A stretch of DNA of 64,000 nt from Oligoflexus sp. FD111 (lineage in GTDB: Bacteria; Bdellovibrionota_B; Oligoflexia; Oligoflexales; Oligoflexaceae): NCBI GenBank assembly GCA_048816425.1, contig JBMDZZ010000028.1, forward strand, positions 24,766 through 88,765, given 5' to 3'. Of this stretch, positions 21,101 to 27,008 are shown piece after piece; the stretch's first letter is position 1, and each line of letters begins with the position of its first letter. Under the pieces are notes generated by a model that ran no database searches, had not been told where the DNA came from, and was given only the letters and a program-made list of their open reading frames with translations. Both the position numbers and the translations under genes were made by a program.

Positions 21101-21428
21101 ATTTATTGGTGGTGTGCGAGCAGGAGTCAGATCGCTAGTCACATCAAAGAATCCAAATGGACTCGTTACAGTCACCAGATGGGGACGACCAGGATTGGAG
21201 TCGGGTGATTGGGTTATGAAGGGTGGTAAGACGTGGAAGAACTATACGCTATCAGGGAAGGGTCAACCCCAATGGTTGCCAGGGAACAACATCCCAGCAC
21301 CTATTAGCTCAGGTCAAACATTTTTTGTTCCTAAGCAAACCCTAAGATTTCCTATAAATGAAGGTGGGAAGGCTAACCCCCTGAATTACATAAAATATGG
21401 ATTAGGACAGAGACAGTACATACCATGA
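15174..21428 (+). CDS. TcB/TcC-like fusion toxin: signal peptide, SpvB/TcaC N-terminal domain, FG-GAP/VCBS propeller, RHS/YD shell and a C-terminal variable toxin
   Basis: SpvB-type: GALPGSLDVTQTGDLRYQIPIDLPQVGNGFSPQLGFGYNS...GLGWSF. FG-GAP-like: DLNKDGHLDFF, DIDRDGYSDII, DFNNDGILDIL, DLNRDGFPDLL, DVNADGIPDIV. There are many YD repeats. The RHS core end reads YDYDPWGAKR...GFTGHEQID...MNGRVYHPEIGRFTSPDAF...YSYVWNNPLTNTDPSGH and is followed by a 367-aa tail. Confidence 0.9.
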   Translation: MNNITGLIVLVTYMLFSVSVKAESVGALPGSLDVTQTGDLRYQIPIDLPQVGNGFSPQLGFGYNSLSPATFLGLGWSFSGISEIRRCAATEDQDGFQHLQNLSVKDRFCLDGQKLIANGAENYGKPNSEYRTFRDSYRKILLDENLNFLVFDRSGEISTYEPIGDGPTHWRIREHADRHGNYISFQYAKSSDTPYIDSIPLSIDFGGNRTSGLSHYRSVRFEYEEHHPNDILYRFGKAYKRSPLLKKIAIYSYENKIWDYRFQYRIGLSKQLTFLESVTKCVSDDDCLKPSKFEYDNDDRGEPFSTNGFLNILDSTNPGATWTRTTSVRTLIDLNKDGHLDFFGMRPFKMIMAYGSPDGFSEVREIESELAYRWQAARSPVSFGDIDRDGYSDIIIFTPDEVRIGYGDGESFPDILTFKDPELDMAKKPAHDQNSRFLQDFNNDGILDILAINAVSYTLYIGTGDRDRPFNEGITTRSDLGHIPADPRQNPRHIIDLNRDGFPDLLVFKNDAVVVALGSETGFLEPEAWSTDFLPGKGWLAGNSRRFFADVNADGIPDIVGNKHDGVWVALGTGYGFEPVSLWLSYFRRQDGWFPNSNFLVSFDVNGDDIADFVGFTARKIIVVLGNGASLSSPDGRIFEYSLPDRTSWDFKNDLVNFLTDFDNGRHGPILHTRMGDLYLRNNSPKNLLNRITDAYGRQHLIEWSSSLDPAIYRESFSQDYPIRSLAAHRPLVSSIQKTNGNGGLNRVSYKYYDGKLSIRGGGFLGFAKVEETDHASRNLSIKHYLQGNMPPTLGLPSKVENFQIIKGEKRLKRRINYEYRVRSDNNGYFQIYPESILTETYDENKQLLSQMSVTEVQDVVGNQLSSKTTITDRFGSYVTEITNQFDEDNYENWLIGRVTFAQSKTRGPHGPEITRKAKFSYDQETGEIIKETKYSGSDDELTKTFAYDPVFGHIITQTTRLKNFSGFSKSDIIARYEFDELGFLKASINAKGHRTHYSYHNDFGTRIRSIDPNGQSSNIDYDMWSRVRSEWTSHGSSSNVSWEYCDEINGSCEKNEIIKQISSANDGSELINYLDRLERVVREETLNFDGKRVFKRFGFRDNGLQEKTSKPFFEGDLVYWTQIDYDDYNRVAMVENPDGSKKRFRYQGFERIEIDDLGHETRYLTNALKQTLLVTNAKGEKVKYTYDSRGNLTKILNPAGQLTELFYDEHGRMILLDDPAAGVSRKYYNSLDMVYRSQDADGIEVTYGFDNLARKVSKTYSKVGKILSQESWIYDESENGIGQLSVASKGSYSQSYQYDAKARIKSLATSFAGQSYFDTYIYDELSRLKEKNFASGEHTAYQYGPHGDLIEITDKLQKNTLWSLNETTASGSIIGYNLGKNISIKNEFDPKTGLLRSTQAKNSTDALLHDLSFDFDSLGNLREKKDQLAGHREFFDYDQLNRLIVAGSNLFGEESYRYDVLGNLIEKNSSLSHLSLSYQSNCGGTTNGQKLCYLSKTSSTGATEKRNFSYDKSGKILSDGVRRFEYAPGGKLSRVDSVGKTTGFVYGPDERRIERFDELGGDTTLTRYVGDGSELSIKDGESVWRTAIAPGVIATKTANARKLHFQLTDHLGNILKVVDESGIITERYDYDPWGAKRKDAFSVDEIFARTSLRGFTGHEQIDSQNLIHMNGRVYHPEIGRFTSPDAFIQDSYNLQSLNRYSYVWNNPLTNTDPSGHFSIGNFLGGLAGFVTGLGDMLGINSGLERLSSWTYANRRQIYSVAIMAASWYAGGYFGAMEPWLMAGGFTSGYVASDGDVGVAMVSLVTAVAFYGVGEGFQSPYWAGSQLAAPAKVASHGFVGGSSSVLLGGDFESGFMSAAVSEAFTQFGTYEALGAKTSDLGIADVAWNAVVAGAVGGTVSRITGGSFENGFATAAYGRLFNELYHLGKPHDEAITVYDDEIEICTGDGIKHAAVGKIYRSGLALEDDIVTEIVATGFIGGVRAGVRSLVTSKNPNGLVTVTRWGRPGLESGDWVMKGGKTWKNYTLSGKGQPQWLPGNNIPAPISSGQTFFVPKQTLRFPINEGGKANPLNYIKYGLGQRQYIP

Positions 21429-21438
21429 GACTAAAAAA

Positions 21439-21711
21439 ATGAAATATTTTGCGATTTCTTTAATTATTATATTTGTTATTTTTGCAATTAGTCATCTGAT
21501 TTTTGCTTATTTACGTCTTATTAGAAAGAAGAATGGCTATAGCTACGTTCCACTTATTAATGGGCTTATAGGATCAGTTGCGTTAGTTCTTTATCCTAAT
21601 AATGGGTTTTCGGAATATTGGTGGCTTCCATTTGTAGTAGATTGGGGATGTTTACCTTTATTAGTTGAAACGATTGTATTTCGATTCATTGTTCGGAGGA
21701 GGAGGTCATAA
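21439..21711 (+). CDS. small membrane protein, probable immunity partner of the preceding toxin
   Basis: 90 aa with 2-3 hydrophobic helices (ISLIIIFVIFAISHLIFAYL, LINGLIGSVALVLY, WLPFVVDWGCLPLLVETIVF). It starts 10 nt after the toxin stop. The role is inferred from context. Confidence 0.5.
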   Translation: MKYFAISLIIIFVIFAISHLIFAYLRLIRKKNGYSYVPLINGLIGSVALVLYPNNGFSEYWWLPFVVDWGCLPLLVETIVFRFIVRRRRS

Positions 21712-21795
21712 TTAATGAATGAAATTCATTATTTAAATCCTCCCAGTTGTAAAGATTGGTGATACTGAAATTAGAATTGAATACAAAATGGAACT

Positions 21796-22135
21796 TTGTA
21801 TAAAGAAGCAATGAGTCGGCTTTATCACATCAAAGATTACAATCGAGCCAATCGTGTCTTTAAGCTGTTATTGGATACCATGGGGCGCTCTCAACAAAAG
21901 GCTGTTTTGGCAATCCGAGCGATGCTCATTTCTTGGTCAAGCGAGATCACCAATTATTTCAAAACTGGTCTGACAAATGCACGTACTGAGGGGGCAACCT
22001 AATCGATAAACTCATTCAGCGACAAGCGTTTGGTTACAAAAGCTTTCGGAATTATCGTTTGTGTCTTTTGTATGTTTATTCGTGAAAGGGCTTTGTGATT
22101 TGACCCACACTCAAGTGAGGGGAGCCCCAATTTTG
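21796..22135 (+). pseudogene. ISL3-family transposase C-terminal remnant with a frameshift, plus probable terminal inverted repeat
   Basis: ...LYKEAMSRLYHIKDYNRANRVFKLLLDTM...WSSEITNYFKTGLTNARTEGA, then a +1 shift gives NLIDKLIQRQAFGYKSFRNYRLCLLYVYS*. This matches the ISL3 C-terminal consensus (TNG.TEG.NNKIK...AYGY.NF.NFR). It is followed by CTTTGTGATTTGACCCACACTCAAGTGAGGGGAGCC. Confidence 0.6.
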
Positions 22136-22189
22136 CGCGGCGTTTTTCGTAAGTGATTTATGTGATTGATTTATTTTGTGTGCGGCAAA

Positions 22190-22360
22190 TGGAGGTGGCG
22201 GGAATTGAAGACTAAATGGCGCATCCATAAAGTTCAATGATAACAGTAATTTATTTAATTAATACTGAAACTTAGCTGCTCTAGGATTGTCCCTCAATTT
22301 CTTCCTATTTCTCCCAATTTCTCTGGACGATGTTCGTAATTTGTTCGCGATATAGAAACA
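22190..22360 (-). repeat. ~175-bp repeat, copy 2, ending in a tRNA-Ala/tmRNA-like 3' fragment (att-like scar)
   Basis: The minus strand of 22190-22209 reads TTCAATTCCCGCCACCTCCA, very close to the canonical tmRNA 3' end TTCAACTCCCGCCAGCTCCACCA as I recall it for E. coli. There is no 5' half. The interior aligns with copy 1. Confidence 0.6.
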
Positions 22361-22393
22361 GAAAAATTTCGTTCGCCAATTATCGACCGCTTG

Positions 22394-22852
22394 TTATTTT
22401 GCATCATCGTAGTCGATCGATATAGCAAAGGCTTTGACACCGGAACTAGTCAACTGTTGCAAGTTTTCGATATCTGCTTCAGACAACTTGATTTTTCTAT
22501 TGTGGAAGAAAAGAGCTTTCAGGCGAATCAATAGTTCAGTGTGTTGATCCATCCCAGTTGACTTTCCCTTCTGCGCCTCCCATTTCGAGATCAGGCTTCG
22601 ATCCTTGATACCAATTTTTTTTGCAAAGGCTTCTTGGGTCTGTTCCATTGTAGTTCGAATAAACTTGACCTCTGCTCCTGTGAGGCAGGCTGGTTTATTG
22701 ATTATCTCAAGAAAGACTTGGCCCTTGATTGAGGCAGGGTCAATATCGAGAATCTCAGTGTTTCCCAGTTTATGAAAAGGTGCATTGTTGATCATAACGG
22801 GAAAACTAAAGCCCTTGAAGATCATGTCTTTGTGATAGTTGCCTTTCTTCAT
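22394..22852 (-). CDS. XRE-type HTH protein with MqsA-like antitoxin architecture (paralogue of 7496-7909)
   Basis: 152 aa. The HTH segment is GAEVKFIRTTMEQTQEAFAKKIGIKDRSLISKWEAQKG. The N-terminal beta-rich region is similar to that of the 7496 product. Confidence 0.6.
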   Translation of the reverse strand: MKKGNYHKDMIFKGFSFPVMINNAPFHKLGNTEILDIDPASIKGQVFLEIINKPACLTGAEVKFIRTTMEQTQEAFAKKIGIKDRSLISKWEAQKGKSTGMDQHTELLIRLKALFFHNRKIKLSEADIENLQQLTSSGVKAFAISIDYDDAK

Positions 22853-23001
22853 TCACCCGGATCCTTATTCATAATAAGCACGTTAATCACTTTGCTGTGA
22901 ACTACAACAAGACTCGGGCCAATGTACTCGAAGATCCTCGAAGTTGGCCAACTAAACCGCTGGTTGTTAGTTGGGAAGTTGACCCGCTCATTTAGGATCA
23001 T
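22849..23001 (-). CDS. 50-aa ORF coupled by ATGA overlap to the HTH gene; possible C-terminal remnant of an MqsR-like toxin
   Basis: Sequence MILNERVNFPTNNQRFSWPTSRIFEYIGPSLVVVHSKVINVLIMNKDPGE. The stop TGA overlaps ATG 22852. The tail L.VVH...I.VLI..K loosely resembles the MqsR C-terminus (recalled). It is too short to be a full toxin. Confidence 0.25.
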   Translation of the reverse strand: MILNERVNFPTNNQRFSWPTSRIFEYIGPSLVVVHSKVINVLIMNKDPGE

Positions 23002-23203
23002 CCAAACTTTGCGCCAACTTTTTTCCCTTTTTTGTGAGCCGGTATCGCTGTTTGCTACTTTGAGGCTTGCTGGGAATAGTCATCTCAAATAATTTGGCCT
23101 CGAGGGCTGGTTGCAAATATGACGTATGGAAATGCTTTTCATCGATAAGCCCAAGTGCGGTTTGAAGCTCCTGGTGGCTCATTTCACCTTTGAAAACCTC
23201 CAT
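22988..23203 (-). pseudogene. isolated C-terminal wHTH fragment of the kind found at the end of Fic-family/AlbA-type ATPase proteins
   Basis: LGLIDEKHFHTSYLQPALEAKLFEMTIPSKPQSSKQRYRLTKKGKKL matches the recurrent C-terminal module (..drkhfr..yl.Pal..gl.e.t.P.kp.s..QkY.lT.kG). There is no upstream catalytic domain. A TAA lies 12 nt upstream of its ATG in the same frame. Confidence 0.45.
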
Positions 23204-23221
23204 AATTACATGTACTTATTG

Positions 23222-23269
23222 GGTGACTTCGGTGGTGACTTCGGTGGTGACTTCGGTGGTGACTTCGGG
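23222..23269. repeat. 12-bp tandem repeat GGTGACTTCGGT x4 (last unit GGTGACTTCGGG)
   Basis: Units are at 23222, 23234, 23246 and 23258. The repeat lies between the wHTH fragment and the second abiEi promoter region. Confidence 0.9.
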
Positions 23270-23440
23270 GGTAAGGTTGACGCAATATTCTTCGAATACA
23301 TCTTCGAAGCATTATTTTGCTCGCCTTGTCTAGCAGTGGCAACATCTCAATATTTTTAAAAAATAACAGTTAATTAGATAAGCTGGCATAATCGAGACAA
23401 AATACCTGCAAATATTAATAAATGCTGGTATTATGTCTCC

Positions 23441-24058
23441 ATGGGGAAAAAAGGAAATAAAAATCAATTTATAGAAGCAACCACCAAAATCCGGGAGAAA
23501 GGTGGCACTCTTCGCATGTCCGAAGCCCTCCAGATGGGTATCTCTCGCAAGACCCTCTATTCGATGCGCGACGAGGGAGTCTTAGAACAAATTAGTCGGG
23601 GTATTTACCGGCTAACCGAGCTAGCAGACCTTAGCCAGCCTGATCTTGTTACTGTCGCGAATCGAGCACCAAATGGGGTGATATGCTTAATATCTGCCCT
23701 TTCGTATCACGAGCTCACCACTCAAATTCCCCATGAGGTCCACCTAGCTATAGAGCGGGGAGCAGAGACGCCTCGCATCGATTATCCTCCGGTGGCCATT
23801 TACTGGTTTTCAGGAGCAGCTTTCCGCGAAGGAATAGAAGTTCACATGATCGATCAAATGCGCATACGGATCTACAGCCCTGAAAAGACGATCGCTGACT
23901 GCTTTAAATATCGCCATAAGATCGGGATGGATATTGTACTGGAGGCATTGAAGCTTTGGCGGGAAAAACGATCAGATAAAACCGAAGAGCTACTAAAAAT
24001 GGCACGTTTTTGCAGAGTCGAGCGTGTCATTCGACCTTATTTGGAGGCCATCATATGA
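23441..24058 (+). CDS. abiEi: AbiEi-family type IV toxin-antitoxin antitoxin (second copy)
   Basis: 205 aa. The N-terminal segment is LRMSEALQMGISRKTLYSMRDEGVLEQISRGIYRL. ATGA overlaps the downstream gene. Confidence 0.85.
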   Translation: MGKKGNKNQFIEATTKIREKGGTLRMSEALQMGISRKTLYSMRDEGVLEQISRGIYRLTELADLSQPDLVTVANRAPNGVICLISALSYHELTTQIPHEVHLAIERGAETPRIDYPPVAIYWFSGAAFREGIEVHMIDQMRIRIYSPEKTIADCFKYRHKIGMDIVLEALKLWREKRSDKTEELLKMARFCRVERVIRPYLEAII

Positions 24059-25017
24059 CTATAAAAAATCTTCCAGCGTCTGTACGAGCGCGCATCATGC
24101 AAAGGGCTAAAGACACAAACAGGCCTTTCCAAGAAGTCTTGCAATACTATGCCATGGAGCGGTTCTTATACCGATTATCACAGTCATCATACAATCAAAA
24201 CTTTGTTCTCAAAGGCGCATTAATGCTGCGTGCTTGGAATGCAGCGGATACTAGGCCAACACGAGATATTGACTTGCTTGGTCAAATAAATAATGAAACA
24301 GAGTATCTCACTCAAGTCTTTCGAGAAATTTGCGCTGCTAACGTTGAGGCAGATGGTATTTTTTATGACCCAGCGACTGTCAAAGGTGAAATAATCAAAG
24401 AGAATGCGACCTATCATGGAACTCGGATCATATTCCGTGGCAAACTCGAAAATGCTTCAATTCCTATGCAGATCGATATCGGTTTCGGCGATGTTGTTTC
24501 ACCAAAACCTATGGATATTGAATATCCAACTATTCTCGACTTTCCCGCTCCTAAGTTAAATGGATATCGGCCTGAAACCGTGATCGCTGAGAAGTTTCAA
24601 GCTATAGTGGCTCTTGGTACTCTTAACAGCCGTATGAAGGATTTCTATGATATTTGGCTCTTGAGTAGGCAGTTCAATTTTAAAGGCGCAAACATGGCAG
24701 AAGCGCTTGATGCCACCTTTAAGAATCGAAATACCCCAATGCTACAAAATCCTGATGCATTACAGACTCCGTATACTGAAAGTGATTCAGTTAAAAAGCA
24801 ATGGGCAGCGTTTATTAAAAGAAACCGAGCAATTGATATTCCTGTCTCATTTGTGGAAGTAGCGAATGCCATTTCAAAATTTGTGGAGCCATTCAGTGTC
24901 GAGAGAAATGAAGATATTCACAATCTTTTTTGGACGGCACCAGGCCCATGGAATTCGTCCGAGGAGGCTTTGCAGGAATTAGCAAAGATGGCTCAAGAAT
25001 TAGACATGGGATATTGA
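24055..25017 (+). CDS. abiEii: AbiEii/DUF1814 nucleotidyltransferase toxin (second copy) with an atypical 17-aa C-terminal tail
   Basis: The start at ATG 24055 (MTIKNLPASVRARIMQRAKDTNRPFQEVLQYYAMERFLYRL) overlaps the abiEi stop. The NTase motif is FVLKGALMLRAW...RPTRDIDL. The tail is SSEEALQELAKMAQELDMGY. Confidence 0.85.
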   Translation: MTIKNLPASVRARIMQRAKDTNRPFQEVLQYYAMERFLYRLSQSSYNQNFVLKGALMLRAWNAADTRPTRDIDLLGQINNETEYLTQVFREICAANVEADGIFYDPATVKGEIIKENATYHGTRIIFRGKLENASIPMQIDIGFGDVVSPKPMDIEYPTILDFPAPKLNGYRPETVIAEKFQAIVALGTLNSRMKDFYDIWLLSRQFNFKGANMAEALDATFKNRNTPMLQNPDALQTPYTESDSVKKQWAAFIKRNRAIDIPVSFVEVANAISKFVEPFSVERNEDIHNLFWTAPGPWNSSEEALQELAKMAQELDMGY

Positions 25018-25212
25018 TTTGCGAAAATTTTCAATGGAAGTAATATAGTCACAGGACAGCCGAAAGGAAATTTCTAGCCAAAACCAATTGGCAAGAGGAT
25101 TAAAGAATAACAGACCAGCATTCCGGGGTATTCTAGGTAAAAACGGGTTATCTAATGGCCCAGGACTAAGATTTAGATGCGACCTGATCAGTTCGGTCGA
25201 GATTAGGTGACG

Positions 25213-26385
25213 CTATTCGCTCTCCGTTTCAAAATCCCAGAGAAATGGTCTAAATGCATTGACAAATGGATTTGTGTTTTCAAGGAAAAACTTCATGATA
25301 TCAGCCTTGGCTTCCTCAGAATAAATTTCTTTTACAGGCTTTTTAAAAATAATGGTCATGTCTAAGCTTGATTGGTTAGGCCTCCATAAAACTCCATTGG
25401 GAAGAATTTTAAGTATTTCATTCTTATGCTCATCAAGAAGCCTGAAAACTTTTTCATCAAATTGTGCTTTTTTTGTAGCACGAAAATATATCCCGACCTG
25501 TCCTGATGCTGGTGCGAAATACAAAGATATCCATGCTTTGCCAGATGGAGTTAAATTGAAGTAGAGATTCTGGCCTTTAGAAGCTTTAGGAAATGGCTGC
25601 TCAGGGTCGTCTAACCTAATTTTAGACAGGAAGTCAGACCAAAATTCGAAGTAATAGTTGCTTTCTTCACTTGTTTCACTAGACTCGATTTCTTCTTCTA
25701 CTGTAATTTGGCTGTTTTTAAACGAAAGTACGGTTCTTTCGATGATCGAAGTTTTCGCGTGTAATCGCGGGATGATGATTTTTTGCTCATTGTCCGCGTA
25801 TACATCGATTGTGATAAGAGAAAGATTGAAATGAAGATTAATGTGGTTTCTCAGATAGCTTGAAATAGCTGCCGTTTGAGACCGAATTCCATCTCCTGCT
25901 ATGATTAAGTGTAACCTTCCAGCTTGCAGATTATGCGATACATGATCTATGAACTCTGCTTCGTCGATCGTACTATTAGCGGAGTAAATCAACTCGAAAA
26001 GGTGGTTCCCGGATTTTTTATGGTGTCTTGAGACTTCTCTTTGAAGGTCTGCGTAAGACCATTGAGAGAATTCCTTAGCATAGTCTAGAATCTGTGCAAT
26101 GACCTTTCTTCGTGCTTCAGGATTTTTCCAAAGTTTGGTCTCGACCAGAACAATTTGGCCTCTTGGTGTCACGAAAAGTATATCAATCGGTCCAGCAGGT
26201 GTATAGAATTCACGTGCTATAGGCACAAGTTCTGCTAGGCCAGGATCAATCTCTTCAATTGGGATGGTCTCAGGATGCTTGAAAAGGAAATCTTGGAGCC
26301 ATTTCTCACTTAACTCTCCTCTACTACCGGTGGATAGAACTGACGATGATCCATCTGATTTCAATAAACAAAGTTTAAAAACCAT
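25213..26385 (-). CDS. PD-(D/E)xK nuclease-fold protein (NucS/DUF91-like N-terminal domain, DUF4268-like C-terminal part)
   Basis: ...WLQDFLFKHPETI...AGPIDILFVTPRGQIVLVETKLWKN gives a D ... E-x-K arrangement. The C-terminal YYFEFWSDFLSKI region resembles DUF4268 (recalled). Confidence 0.5.
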   Translation of the reverse strand: MVFKLCLLKSDGSSSVLSTGSRGELSEKWLQDFLFKHPETIPIEEIDPGLAELVPIAREFYTPAGPIDILFVTPRGQIVLVETKLWKNPEARRKVIAQILDYAKEFSQWSYADLQREVSRHHKKSGNHLFELIYSANSTIDEAEFIDHVSHNLQAGRLHLIIAGDGIRSQTAAISSYLRNHINLHFNLSLITIDVYADNEQKIIIPRLHAKTSIIERTVLSFKNSQITVEEEIESSETSEESNYYFEFWSDFLSKIRLDDPEQPFPKASKGQNLYFNLTPSGKAWISLYFAPASGQVGIYFRATKKAQFDEKVFRLLDEHKNEILKILPNGVLWRPNQSSLDMTIIFKKPVKEIYSEEAKADIMKFFLENTNPFVNAFRPFLWDFETESE

Positions 26386-27008
26386 TTTGATTCACTTTCA
26401 TTCTGATCTTTTGATGTTATCGGAAGATTTTAAGGGCAGTGCTAGGTAGGGTTTTCCTAACGTCGGGATCGCTAGGCAAGAACCGTTCGGTATATGGTGA
26501 GTAAAGTATTTTTTATAGATAGTTAAAGGCGATATTGAACTAAACCAAGGAAACGAGGAGCTTCGAGGAAGTGTGCAGTACATTAACCGTTGGTACAGAT
26601 TGCAATACGTGCCTGTAGCCACGTTAGTTATTTTTCTCGTGTGATTGTTTGTTTGATTTAGTAGCGAAATTGCCGAAAAATGAAAAAGACTTATTGATGG
26701 TTTATGGATTTGGTCCTGTCAAGACAAAAGCCTTTGATTAGCTTATATTAAAGCATTTAAATGAATTTTTGTTCAATCAAGCAGGATAACTAATCTGTTA
26801 GTTCGAAATCGCGTTTCAGTGTAATCAGGGAAATATTGCGCATGCTGATCGGCATGTCTTAGATCAAGATTTCCGCTCTCTTAAGTTTCTAATCGTAGAG
26901 CTTTTTATAAACAATAACATCAAGTTATATCGGAGTTCGTTAAGAGTCTAGGCAATAGGCCGAATAAACTATTTGCAAGATTTTTTTACCTTAACCGCCA
27001 GGTTCACC

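Noticed and set aside
12023-21711. I looked for a TcA-like translocator or T6SS (VgrG/PAAR) genes that would define the delivery route of the RHS proteins.
   Set aside because: None is present in the window. The RHS proteins carry Sec-type signal peptides instead, so no delivery system is annotated.
23126-23359. The 77-aa + strand ORF encoding GDFGGDFGGDFGGDFGG.
   Set aside because: The 12-bp tandem repeat creates the open frame. It has no RBS, and it overlaps the minus-strand wHTH fragment.
26264-26622. Small ORFs 26264-26449 (+) and 26398-26622 (-) in and around the intergenic region upstream of the NurA-like gene.
   Set aside because: One overlaps the 5' end of the 25213-26385 CDS in antisense, and the other has no RBS or motif. 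I treat the region as promoter or leader DNA.
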